From Felis catus (taxonomy: Eukaryota): 64,000 nt of DNA. The notes below the pieces were generated by a model, which saw nothing but the letters and a program-made list of their open reading frames with translations, was not told the origin of the DNA and did not search any database. The position numbers and the translations under genes were made by a program. This document shows positions 11,531-24,424 of the stretch, in pieces (the first letter of the stretch is position 1; every line of letters starts with the position of its first letter). Location: assembly GCF_018350175.1 (NCBI RefSeq), contig NC_058368.1, positions 233,804,001 through 233,868,000 of the forward strand, given 5' to 3'.

Positions 11531-13622
11531 TGTAAACTGCATACCCTAATTACACCACAACTGTTATGAATATTTTCATGGTTTATTAAGTGAGGCCTTC
11601 GTTCAAATATGCATTTTGATTGCATGATGAATATGAAACATGCTGATTACCAATTCATATTCCTTTGGAAACCTAGAGGCAGAAGTGAAAACTACCCTGT
11701 GTGACAGAAGACGGACTTCTCCAGCCTGCAGCATTTTCAGGTTTCAATCTCTTGTCTATTAACATGGCAACTGCTTTAATGACTTTATTCTCCTCACCAT
11801 CATCAGACGGGGAAACTTCAGAAAATGCATAAATTATTCTAAGTCCGGCCAGGAAAATAATCCAAGACTTTAATCAATTTCCGTACATTTTATTCCTCTT
11901 GTTACAAAGGTTTCTTTACATGCATACTTAACTGCCATGCCCTCTGCCTACGAGGTGTGCTCTCCCCCCAGTGCAGGACCGTGCCCCCAGTACAGGGGAC
12001 AGATGGCATTTTTGTTCATTCGGTTCTCTCTGCTGCTTTGATACACCATCTCATAAAAATATCAACACCACCGATGACACTAACTTCACACAATTCTTTT
12101 CAGGTTATGAAACACTGTGCACTCAAAGCAAACGTCTGGGAGGGGGATAATGGGAAAGGCATCATTGCCCCCCATTCTACAGAGAAAATAATTGAAGTTC
12201 ACGACTGAAGCTCATTCACTGTTACATTAATGAATTTGGGTCACGCTTTATGTCTGTTGCCAACACGACTAAAATTTATCTCCTTTCCCAAAGCCTTTCT
12301 AAATTGAGCTTCCCTCACGTCTTGCAGAGCCTGCATGGTCCACATTCTCAGTATTCAGGTCAGCAAGGAGTTTCTGTACTTAAATCCTCCATCAACACAG
12401 GAATCCCGGCAGGAAGCAGGTGGGGAAGCCGGGTCAACCCACTCCGGAGCCACAGTGGATAACGCCAGGATGGTTCTGATGGGTCTTGCTTTTAGTCTGG
12501 TCCACGCGCCGTGTCCCCGGTGAGGTAGGTATGAGGCAAATTGAATGTCCTTCCTTCCCATGTTGAAACAAGCCACGTCTCCTATTGACTTAACAATTCA
12601 GCACTTATTGAATAAGGAGACACTGAACAGAAGACCTTTATTTGTTTCTGCACTGCATCTTTCTAAATATCGATTGCAAAGAGATTTCCTCCTCAGAGTA
12701 ACTTTAGTGTCTAAATATTTCCAGAGGAGCCTAGTGAACACCTACATCACAAAAATCAAAAAATCACTCAGATGGAATGAGTTGTGATATAAACAACGTC
12801 ACCTGTTTAGAGTCCAACTTTGGGTCCGGGAAAGACGTTTGGGGTCAGGCAGGAGGGTCCAGGTATGAAGGCTAACGATCCCACAGCCCCAGATCAATAA
12901 CCTGGACGTGCGACAGCTCCAAACATCAACTTCCTCGTCTGCCAGATGAGGATGAGGATACCCTGTCCTCTCTAGAATCCGGAGAACCTCAGAGAATTGG
13001 AAAAGAAACAGAAACCACTTCTTGGATCTGTCAGAGAGTTACTTGACGTTATGTAAGAGTTTAGTTACACCTACGGTCGTCACTGCCAGGCTCTTGGCCG
13101 AGGTGTCTCTGCCTTCTTGGAGGTTGATGGTAGGCCTGGATCTCTTTGAAACTCATCACTTGGTCCACCCTCATCCTCTCAATACCAGAACCGTCACGTT
13201 ACGAATTTGTTTAGAGAGCTGCTGGTGATCTTTGCTCTTTTAGGCGCTTTCATTTTATCTCGTCTTCTCGAATGGCCCCTTTGCAGGCGCGAGTGCCCAT
13301 TCTGGCCCAAGTGGTGTGTGCAGTTGTGTGTGCGTAACTGGAAACCAGAAAACGTGTATGGCTTCCTTCCTAGGGAGGGGTATCGGTCGCAAGCAAAACC
13401 CGAATAGGAGGTGTCTTAGCCCACAGAGGTGAAGTCCAAGGGTCTGCCAGGAAGGGGCCCAGAGGCTCAGATGACATCACCAGGTTCACCTCAGTCTTAC
13501 TCTCTTCCCTTCCTGCTCTGCTTTCTTTGGCGCTTGCTTCATTTCCAGAAGTGCTCAGCCTCTACCTTAATGATGTCGTTAAGGGTGGATGGATGCCTCC
13601 AGCTCCAGGCCTTCAGTCCACC

Positions 13623-13972
13623 TGTCCTCATCCACTTGCACCACTATAACAAAGTGCCACAGACGGGGTGGCTTATAAACAACAGAAATGTATTCCCCAC
13701 AGTTCCGGAGGCTGGAAATCCAAGACTGGCCTGCCAGCATGGTCGGGTGGGGTTCCTCTTCCGGGATGCAGACCCTCCCTCATGTCCTCACATGGTGGAG
13801 GGGGCCGGCTGGCTCTCTGGAGCCACTTCCATAAGGGCCAAATCCCATTCCTGAAGGCCCCACTCTCATGACCTCATCGTCTCCCAAAGGCCCCACCTCT
13901 GAGTACCATTACACTGGGATTAGGATTTCAAGATAACAATTTTGAGGAGACACAAATATTCACTCCACTGCA
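13623..13972 (-). mobile_element. MaLR solo LTR (MLT1A-like)
   Basis: ataacaaagtgccacagac.gggtggcttataaacaacagaaat...cccaaaggccccacctc...gggattaggatttcaa. Confidence 0.9.
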
Positions 13973-14530
13973 CTGTCTTATTAGCGGTCCAACAACAGAG
14001 GAAAGGGCACAAATAAAAGTGTGGCAATCAGCCTGAATGGTCTGCTGGGTGGGTCCCACACCATACCTGCACGAGGCATGGTGACCAGGGCCCATGCAAG
14101 GTGCCAGTTGTCTCAGGTCTGGGTCACATGGAGAGGAAGAGGAGACTGAGGTGGTCTCAAGAGAAACCAGGTGTTATCAACAGAAGAAGAACTCCCAGCA
14201 CATAAAATCATGAAGGTCTGTTTCCCAGAGGCCAAGGTTCACTACTGTCCTTTTCGTGTGTAACTGCCAGGGTGACGTTGACATGCACTTGGCTCCATGC
14301 GTGCTCCCTCAGCAGCAACATGGCGGCTCCCTGCCCTCATCCCACGATTCTGCACCGGTCTCTTCTCTGTCTAAGGTAAGTCTGGGACGTGTCACCAAGA
14401 GACAATTCCATACAGGAATTTTTCCACAAGTCCCTTTCTTTGGCTATTTAATGAAAAGCGTATTTCCTCAACAAAGATAGTCAAGCAAACAATTTGTTTT
14501 CCAGACGTTGCGTGTTTTGACATTGACTGC

Positions 14531-14996
14531 TGTATTGGGTTCCCATGGCTGCTGTGACAAATTACCACACACTGGGTAGCTTAAGACAACACAAATACAT
14601 TATCCTGCAGTTCCAGAGGTCAGAAGTGTGACACGGGTCTCATGGGATAACACCAATGCCTTGGCAGGCTGCACCCCTCGGAAGGCTCTGGATGAAAGTC
14701 CACTCCCTTATCTATTCCAGCTCTTAGAAACCACCTGTCTTTCCTGATTCGTGGCTCTTCCTCACCATCCTATCATCTTGAAATCTCCCCCTCTCACTTT
14801 GACAACATGGCCCCCTATTAAAAGACCTTGTGGCTACATTGGATCCACATACACCATTCAGGATAAAGTTCCCATCTCAATATGCTTACCTCAGCCATAT
14901 CTGCTAAGTCCTTTTGCCAAGTAAGCTAACTTGATCACAGGTTATGGGACCAAGGACGTGGACATCTTTGAGAAACCATTTTTCTGCCTGTCACCA
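14531..14996 (-). mobile_element. MaLR solo LTR (MLT1D-like)
   Basis: tgtatt...gctgctgtgacaaattaccacac.ctgggtagcttaa.acaacac...ttccagaggtcagaagt...ggacgtggacatcttt. Confidence 0.85.
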
Positions 14997-15557
14997 CTGG
15001 CTCTGGATTCCCGGATTCCATGCATACACCTACTCTCCTATGACTATATCCTAGCAACACCTACATTATTCTTATTTTTCTTGAGGGCTACCTTCCAATT
15101 TTCATATCCTTTTTTCTCTTTGGGTCTTTGAAAACATAAGCTTAACTACCTTTCTTGGTTCTGACTCAAGTGAGGTCTCTAAAAGTTCCAGCATATTTGA
15201 CCAAATAGGAATGAAAACAGAAAGTTTATTAAATCTGTTGAGACTTCCATCAAGTCTACGGTGCATGATAATTTGCTAAGCTAGAGGCTGACCACAGAAG
15301 CTATGTGTTACAAAGTAATTTAATCCCTTTTTTCCCTTCAAGCCAAACTACTCACTCAAGTTCATAGGAAGAATTTAGTCTGATTGTAAGTTGCTAGGAA
15401 GAAATAATAGAGAAACAGAAGATGTATGAGAGTCGCTACACCACTGGATGTGGTCCTTGTTAGTGCCTTCATTTTTGGTAGAATTCTTTTGTTGCCAAAA
15501 TAAGGCATGCTTGTGGATCTGCAAGATTTATGAGGCACTGACTTTACCCTTGACTTT

Positions 15558-15789
15558 TTTTAGAAATTAAAAAAAAATTTTTTTTAATGTTTATTTATTA
15601 TTGAGAGACACAGAGAGACAGAGCATGAGCAGAGGAAGGGCAGAGAGAGAGGGAGACACAGAATCAGAAGCCGGCTCCGGGCTCCGAGCTGTCAGCACAG
15701 AGCCCGACGCGGGGCTCGAACTCACAGACCACGGGATCATGACCTGGGCCGAAGTCGATGCTCAACCGACTGAGTCACCCAGGTGCCCC
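15558..15789 (-). mobile_element. CAN-SINE
   Basis: Full length. TSD ccttgacttt. Confidence 0.97.
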
Positions 15790-16408
15790 TTGACTTTGAA
15801 ATGACAGGCTGAAGGTTTTTTTCATGCTTATTTTATTTCCCAATAACCACTACGGTGTCACATCTATCAAATGACGTCTCTTCACTCTTTTCTTTTCTTT
15901 TGCTCTTGGAAGCTTTTCTGGGAATCCATTTCAGGAAATCCGACTGGAAAGGATGCTTAGCCTTGATTTCTTACCTAGCACAATGTCTTTTCGACATTTA
16001 CGGATTAAGTAAGAATGACATGTTTGCATTATTGAAACAAACACACAAACTACCCGCCCCCTACTGAGATAACGGACGCACAATGCTGTTTTCTCTTTAT
16101 TTTATGTGGGAGACCTTCAAGTGTCTTAGACGACGCCAATGCTGGGACTTCTATAGATGCCAGGGTACGAAGAGGGTAGGAAGGGAAGAGAAAGACGGAG
16201 TGCCCCCCAAATGCCTACACGATGAGCTGGGTCCTCTGAGTGCACCTTCTTCCCTAGCAAAGCAGAAAGGCTACTGCCTGCCTCTTGTGTTGTACTGCAG
16301 TTACCACGAGGCAGAAGAGACTAGGCTTAACAGTAATTAATCAGTTGATGATTTGCTCGAGCCCCCATTAAGTGAGAGAATGGCTTGCTACAGTACAAAC
16401 CTTATTTA

Positions 16409-16629
16409 TTTATTTTTCATTTTTTTTTAACATTTATTTATTTTCAAGAGACAGAGAGACAGAGTGCAAGCAGGGGAGGGGCAAAGAGAGGGAGACGCAG
16501 AATCCGAAGCAGGCTCCAGGCTCCGAGCTGTCAGCCCAGAGCCCGACGCGGGGCTCGAACCCACGAACCGTGAGATCATGACCTGAGCTGAAGTCTCACG
16601 TTTAACCGACTGAGCCACCCAGATGCCCC
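16409..16629 (-). mobile_element. CAN-SINE
   Basis: Full length. Perfect 15-bp TSD tacaaaccttattta. Confidence 0.97.
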
Positions 16630-16792
16630 TACAAACCTTATTTAAACAGTGACAGGGGAAGTGCAAAGCCTCCCCCAGTGTTGTCCTTATACTTGCCGGT
16701 CTTGCCGTGGTCTTATCTAACTGAAAGTATTTTCGTTAACTGAAGCACACAGAATCTTTGCCACAAATATGGGAAATATTAGGAGAGACGTA

Positions 16793-17014
16793 GGGGCACC
16801 CGGGTGGCCCCGTCAGTTGAGCGTCGACTTTGGCTCAGGTCATGATCTCACAGTTCATGAGTTCGAGCCCCGCGTCGGGCTCTGTGCTGACAGCTCGGAG
16901 CCTGGAGCCTGTTTTAGATTCCGTGTCTCCCTCTCTCTTTCTGCCCCTCTTTCGCCTGTGCTCTGTCTCTGTCTCTCAAAAATAAGTAAACATGAAAAAT
17001 AATCCTTAAAAAAA
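16793..17014 (+). mobile_element. CAN-SINE
   Basis: ggggcacccgggtgg head, CT linker and A tail. Confidence 0.95.
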
Positions 17015-19317
17015 GAGAAGTGAATACACTTAACCTTTACTGCTTCTTTTATTATGCACTGTCCCCAAACTGCTTCGTTAATAGGATCTACAAGCACAAA
17101 AGCAGCGTGTTCAAAGTTGCCTGGGCTAAAAGCAGGTAGAAGGCAAGAGCAAGGATTCTGTAGTGTTCCACAGACAAACTGTATGATTTAAGGAGGAATT
17201 TGAGGAGGAAGTGTGAAATTTGCTCTTTTTCTTTCTTTTTTTTTTTTTAGAGAAAATACCCAACAGATGCTTAGAGATATTAAAAACCCTTTTCAGTCGC
17301 ACAGGGAACAGAGTCTCTGCAGAAAGGTTGAATATACACAGCGGTATTGTAACATGGGCAACTCCGTGGCCAGTGTCTCAGGACGCCGAGCTGTCTACAG
17401 GAGGCATCGCGTCCCACCGCTAACGGCGTGCACATTCTAGAATGCAGTAAAATGCAGTGTATGCTTATTCTGATGAAAATGGTTTAAGAAGCAATCGTTA
17501 ACCTGGGGTGGCTCAACTAGCTAACACACATGGTAATGGATCAACAGTTGAAACGGGGGTTCTTACTTCTTCAAGTATGAGGTGAGTGGCCGCGCTCTGC
17601 CTCCAAGCCTCCTCTCTCACACGGTGGCTGGAGTGGTGCCTGGTCCCCCGACCTCTCCGTGTCATTCAGCAGCATCAAGTAATTCTCCCTCCCCGCAGAT
17701 ACCCTCGCATGACTTTTCAAACAAGTGACCATTCCTGGGCAGAGTCTTGGTCCCGGGAGCTCTCTTAGCTTCGGTTTCAATGATCTGGATAAATTCTTAC
17801 GCTGAAGGATAATTTCTACATCCACAAAGTAATGTAGTCACATCTACAGCTGATAGCTCCCCACGGGTATTGGGAAATTTGTGAACGTTTTGGACGGCAC
17901 AGTGACATTTTAGTAAACTGCTAAGAACCCAGGCTAAATCCCTTAACACTTATGTCTGAGTCGAAACGTTTCTATTTTAAAGGTTGCCCATATTTGTCAT
18001 GATAACTCGTTTCCTATTTTCTATAAGGTGAACGAATTCCTATCTTAGCTTCATGATGAAATTTACACAGGAAACAAAGCCAGCACGATGAAAAACTTCA
18101 TACATGAAATCTATGATACCAACATACGCAGCAAAATATCAGAGATCGTTGCGATATCTTTCCTAGAGTAACTCAAGGGCTTTTTCCCCATCATTCCTTA
18201 TTAAGAAAAAAAAACAGATGACACAGAACATACACTGGACACTGTCTTATCTGAGCGGTACAATTCTGAGTCGTCTCCAATAAGTCTGTGCTCAGATTCT
18301 TTGGCAAGCAGCTCAGGATCCCTATTGGGGGTGAAACTCTCCATTAGACATATCCAGACATATCTCCATTAGACGTATCTGTTCACTTCCAAACTATTTT
18401 CTCTTTCCATTCCTTTCCCGTTTCTTGTTTGTTTGGGATTTTTTCTTCTTTTGGTATTAATGTCAACCATACATACCTTTAACCCTAAATCATACAATGT
18501 GGCAATGATAATTACAGAGTTGACTGCTTTTGCCAGAGATCAAATATGTCCCGAGAGATCTGACGATCATTTTCATATCCTGCCCCAGGGTGATTTAAAT
18601 TTAGAAATGGAACTTTAACAGTGACTCCTAACTCATGCTCAAGAGCTTTAGCATTTAAATCTCCTGCATCTGAGATCTGAGCGAGAAAGGCAAGCACAGG
18701 GTGTATTACTTACCGCCTTTATTAGGCTGCTCGCCTGCCAAAAGGGTTTCCCACCAGGTTTTTTGGCTCGAAGTGACAAGCCTCCACTCCTGACGTGCAC
18801 GTATTCATTAAACACATCTGACAACTATCCAATCTCTCTTTTGTGACTTGATTCACCTTCCGTTCTAATCAGACTGGTCTCTTATTCCACTAGGCATCCT
18901 TCAACTCTCCAAACTCCAGCCTCGGCTCATCTCCCGCTTCCAAAATCCATTTTGGACCCTTGTCAACTGCTCTGTGTTTGCCAACTCAAATCCTGCAGGT
19001 GCTTTTAAAGCCAGGCTGAACGTTCCGACTGTCTAAGCAGACTTCTGAAGCCAGGCTCCTTCAGAACCACCTTCGCCAAAAGCCACTCCTTCAACATTGG
19101 TGCCTATGCTTAACATATCCTTGTTCTTCTTTATTGTTGGGTGGGCCCCTTAATTTGCATCTGGCTTCTTTTATAAGAAGTTTCCAGAGGAGGATAATCT
19201 CATCTATTTCTTTTGAATTTCTCCCATTTGTATAAATCTTTGGTACACTGGGGAGTTCATTGCATTCTCATTGAATTGATTTTCATTACATAATGGATAA
19301 CATTTTATTAACCTTTT

Positions 19318-19526
19318 TTTAAACTTTTTTACGTTTTATTTTTTATATTTGAGAGAGAGAGAGAGACAGAGTGGCAGCAGGGGAGGGACAGAGAGATGGA
19401 GACAGAATCTGAAGCGGGCTCCAGGCTCCGAGCTGTCAGCACAGAGCCCGACGCGGAACTTGAACTTGCGAACTATGAGGTCATGAGCTGAGCCGAAGTC
19501 GGATGCTTAACGGACTGAGCCACCCC
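19318..19526 (-). mobile_element. CAN-SINE, slightly shortened at the 5' end
   Basis: TSD cattttattaacctttt on both sides. Confidence 0.96.
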
Positions 19527-20028
19527 CATTTTATTAACCTTTTACGACTCTCCCAAACATAAATCTCTAGTGACTTTTTAGTACTAATCTGAAAGTGAAC
19601 AAAATAATAAAGATGATTTATAAAAAAATACAGTATTTAGGAAAACATGTAGTATTAGATACTAGATATATTCCTCTCTCTTTCACCGTTTCTACTCCAA
19701 GGAGAGAACCAATTCCTAGAAGGTAATACAACAATCCAAACGTGGTTACTCAGCAGTACTGATGAAAAGAAATGAATGTATTACATAGTAACATTTAACT
19801 ACCATCAGGACAAAGAGGACTTTTCATTTGAAGCCCCTGGTGGCTTTATCATCATTTTGATCCAAACATCTACATATTGATAGTTCAAATCAAAGGGGAT
19901 TTTACTGGATAAAATTTTTTGAAAATTAAATTAACATTTAATTTGTATGTTTAGACCTTTGTGCAGAAGAATTACAAACCTGTTTGAGAAAGTCTTAAAA
20001 TAATTAATTTAAAAATAGTTTCATAAAA

Positions 20029-20255
20029 CCATGCTTCTTAACTATCTGCGGGCCAAAGCCGAAATTTTTATTTCCCATTGATCACAGACGGATGCTTTTG
20101 TGAAATACAAAATCACGCTCACGGATGCCACGGTAATGTCAAATTGCTATAAAACTTTGCAAACACGTCCTCTCACGTCCCATTCTTATCTCATGGGTGG
20201 GGTGTGGATGCTTCGTGGATGCCAGCAATCTGTGGACCACACGTTGAATGGCAGA
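20029..20255. mobile_element. hAT-Charlie-type MITE (degenerate)
   Basis: Ends catgcttcttaactatctgcgg... and ...ggaccacacgttgaatggcag resemble Charlie-type termini. Confidence 0.45.
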
Positions 20256-21451
20256 GCCACGGGCTTCACTTTAACAATAAAGAATGACGCCAGAAAAGGA
20301 CCTGCCATGTTCTCTAACAAGTCAGACAAGAAGGAAAACTTTAAAAAATGGTATCAAGTACAAATATAACTTTAGTAAAGAAGCACTTGTAGATGAAGGT
20401 ACAATAGTTGGGAATCTGTCGAAGACATAGTTACTTGGCAGGAATCAGTGCGGCAGATTCAATTCAGACCGAGCAGTATCACCAGTGCAAAACGATATGG
20501 CCAAGAAGTCCAGAAAAGTCTGCCAGCTTTTCCTGTGACGGGTTTTTGTTTTTTTAATTATTTTATTTTATTTTATTTTATTTTATTTTATTTTATTGCA
20601 GAAGAACAAATAAATAGTCAAGATGAAACGGACCACATGAGATAAAGGTCAGGTGTATGAATGCGTAAGTCTGTACATCCTTTGGAGGCTACTGGAGAAT
20701 TTGGGCTCTTGTGACAGTCTTTCCTTTTTTCCTCTGCTTCTGCGTATATGCCCTGTGGCAGTGACTATAAACCACGAGATGAGATGATCACCAGTGGCCA
20801 GAGATGAGCTCATGTCAGGGCAGGTCTCCCTGAGTAGCCAACCTTGGAGCATGGCCAGAGCCCAGGGTCTGACCCTCAGCTTTGCAGGGGCAGAAATAGA
20901 GTTTTGCACATGTACTCAGGGTTGGAGAGTACCCATAACTACACAGCCTTCAGAAGGGATTGACATGTGGACCAGAAGCCTAGGCTACTGACTAAAGTGG
21001 GAACTGAAATGGCCAACAAACTTCCAGTTATGTTAGCAGGTGGGTGCACGCTCTCCCAGATAGAGACGGAGTAGGGGAAATGAAAAGAAACGGGAAGTTG
21101 TTTCATGAGCATGATGTTAGAACATCAGGAAATGGAACGCTATTCGGATGAAATTAATGTCCAGTGTCATCAACCCATAAACATTTGATGCATTAATCTC
21201 TGTCTTCCTCTCTCTGTCTTCTCTGCTCCCCCCATATGTATAGATACTCACACACACATATATATCTACACACTATATACGCCTACATTATATATCTACG
21301 TACATAATTCGTGTTTGCCTTTTAGGCTTTCGTTCCTTTGGAAATGCTGATAAGCTACAAGCTTCATTCACTTTTTGGAATCCCCAGGCTAATAACTCAA
21401 GGACATTAAATTGGTTATGTTTGTCTTTCACATTTAAAAATTTACTCAGAT

Positions 21452-21695
21452 GGGGCGCCTGGGTGGCGCAGTCGGTTAAGCGTCCGACTTCAGCCAGGGC
21501 ACGATCTCCCGGTCTGGGAGTTCGAGCCCCGCGTCAGGCTCTGGGCTGATGGCTCGGAGCCTGGAGCCTGTTTCCGATTCTGTGTCTCCCTCTCTCTCTG
21601 CCCCTCCCCCGTTCATGCTCTGTCTCTCTCTGTCCCAAAAATAAATAAACGTTGAAAAAAAAATTAAAAAAAAAAATAAAAAAAATAAAAAAAAT
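21452..21695 (+). mobile_element. Young felid CAN-SINE (SINEC_Fc-like)
   Basis: ggcgcagtcggttaagcgtccgacttcagccagg head with intact CpGs. Perfect TSD aaaaatttactcaga. Patterned (A8T)n tail. Confidence 0.97.
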
Positions 21696-21896
21696 AAAAA
21701 TTTACTCAGAATTCTACTTTGACTTGAAATATATTCCATCATGTAAGGGAATTGCATGCTGAGATAATCTCTACACCATAGGTATTAATGTCACAAATTC
21801 AATTCTCAGGGGGCAATATTGTCCTGTTATTTGTAGCCTTTAGAAGTGTCAGTATATGTTGCACCAACAATTTTCTTTCTTCAAAGAAATTGTGTA

Positions 21897-21898
<2 letters not shown>

Positions 21899-21929
<31 letters not shown>
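21899..21929. repeat. (TG)n microsatellite
   Basis: About 15 TG units. Confidence 0.95.
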
Positions 21930-21931
<2 letters not shown>

Positions 21932-22536
21932 CTAGGTCCTTATATCTTATTATCATAAACATTATCATGATTTTCAGCACAACACTGCTTATCATCAGCT
22001 TGCTATCAGGTTGTGTGGTTCAGCTTGATTTTGAAAAAAGAAAAGAAAACTCCATTCCTCTGACATAAAATATGATTAACAAGTGCTCTGGTTAAGTTTC
22101 ATATATGCACATAGTTACATATTAATTACATAGTTAATTACATAGTTAAGAAGACTTATACCCAAACTGCTAACCATTAATCTTAAGATAGTAGAAAATA
22201 ATTTAAAAAAAATAGCAACAGAGCAAATTTATGACATTGATGTTGTGTACAGGTAGAATAAATTACATCTAACTTAGATTTTGTTACTCTAAAAATAATG
22301 TCGGAAAATTTATTTCTAACTATGGCAAATCATAAACTTGTAATTCATAGCTTATGATGGATGAGTTTTTACTCTCAGTAATTTATACCAAGGAATTTAG
22401 GAATTTTATCCATTTAGAATACAAATAGACACACAATGTATGTCTATTTGTATATATCCCTTACCTGAGTATACGCGTGTTTACATGTACGTCTGTATAT
22501 ATCTAGAGAGAGGTATGTATGTGTGTCTTTATTTTT

Positions 22537-22748
22537 TTTAATTTTTTTTTAATGTTTAGTTATTTTTGAGAGAGAGACAGAGTGTCAGAGGCGGAGAGGC
22601 AGAGAGAGAAGGAGTCACAGAATCTGAAGCAGGCTCCGGGCTCTGAGCTGTCAGCACAGAGCACAATGGGGGGCTCGAACTCACAGACTGTGAGACCATG
22701 ACCCGAGCTGAACTCAGACACTTAACTGACTGAGCCACCCGGGTGCCC
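22537..22748 (-). mobile_element. CAN-SINE
   Basis: TSD gtgtgtctttattttt. Confidence 0.96.
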
Positions 22749-22894
22749 GTGTGTGTCTTTATTTTTAAACTCATATAGCAAGTGCTATTTGTGAGAAACT
22801 AAAAGTGCAGAGTTTGCTTATTCAAAAGTCCAAAACAAATAACAAAACCGTGTGGATTGTTTAAGCCCTAAAATAATTTTTAAAATTTTCTTTT

Positions 22895-24424
22895 CACAGA
22901 TTGATGGAACAGAATATAGAACCCAGAAAGAGACACACGCACACATGCTCAACTGACTCTTTGGCAAAGTGCGTAAACAATTCAATGAAGGGAAAATGAG
23001 AGCTGGCCTTTCTGACCAATGTTGACAGAAAACTGAACAGGTGTGGGCAAAAATGGAACGTTCACTAAGTCTCACTCCTTATACCAAATTAACTCAAAAT
23101 GAGTCATGGGCTTAAATGGAAACCCTGAAGCTATAAAACTTTAGGACAAAAACTGTAGGAGGAAAACTTTGGGATCTAGGCAAGTTCATAGACTCACTGC
23201 CAAAACACAATCTGTAAAAAGAAAAAGTGCCAAATTAGACTTTATCAAAATTAAAAACTTATTCTCTGAGAAAGACCGTATGAAGAGGGTGAAAAGACAA
23301 GCCACAGACGCAGAGAAAATACTTGCAAACCACATATCTCACAAAGGACTAGTACCCAGAATATATAAAGAACTCTCAAACTCAACAGTGAAAACAAATC
23401 ACACAGTCCAAATAGAATATGGATAAGATAGTCGTATACCTCTGCCAAATGGGATATACAGAAGGCAGATGAGCACCTAGAAAGATGTTCGACATCATGA
23501 GCCCATCAGAAAAACCCAAATGAAAACAACACAGAGCTAACTAACACTACACAACTATTAGCACACCTGAAAGAAAATATAGAGCCAACATCAAACGTTG
23601 GCAAGAATGTAAATAAACTGGACCGCTCACACATTCCTTGTGGGGACGGAAAACAGTACAGCCATTCTGGAAAGCAGTGTAACAGCTTCTTATGAAACCA
23701 AACATGCCAATATAATAGAGCCCAGGGACTGCACCTGTGGGCATGTATTCCAAAGAAATGAAAATTTACATTCACATCAAAAACTACACGCAGATGTTCA
23801 TCATGACTTTATTCGTAATGGCCCCAAACCGGAGCCAACCCAGCTGTCCCTCAATAGATAACTGCTAAACAAACTTTGGTACATCCATGCTATGGACCGC
23901 CCCTCAGCAACTGGAAGGAACAAACCACAGATATACCCAACAGCTTGGATGAATTTCCAAGGAATTTTATGGAGTGGAAAAAAACAAATAAAAGCTTACA
24001 TACTCTGTGATTCCATTCACATACCATTTTTGAAATAATAAAAATTTAGAAATGCAGAGCATATTGGTGGTTGCCAAGGCTTAGGGACTGGGGTGGAAGG
24101 AAGGCTGAGGTGGGTTGGCAAAAAGGTGAGTGTGGTTTTTAAAGAGAAAGAGGACGCATCCAGAATTGTTCTGTATCTAGATTGTGGTGGTGGATATACA
24201 GGTGGTAAAATTGCATAGAGCTAAACACACACATAGACAAATAAGTAACACTGGGAAATCACAGTAAGACTGGCAGATCGTACTGATGTTAATATCCTGG
24301 TTGTGCTATTGCATTACAGTTTTCCAAGATGTTACCATGGTTAGGGGAGCTGGATGTTAAAGGGTAGGTAGGATGCTTTGAATGCACAATTGCCTCAACA
24401 AATGTTTCAACTAGAAAAAAAAAA
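22895..24424 (+). mobile_element. Old L1 (L1MC-like) ORF2 C-terminus and 3'UTR
   Basis: The ORF2 remnant LDFIKIKNLFSEKDRMKRVKRQATDAEKILANHISHKGLVPRIYKEL is typical of the L1 ORF2 C-terminal region. The 3'UTR ends in an A tail. Confidence 0.92.
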
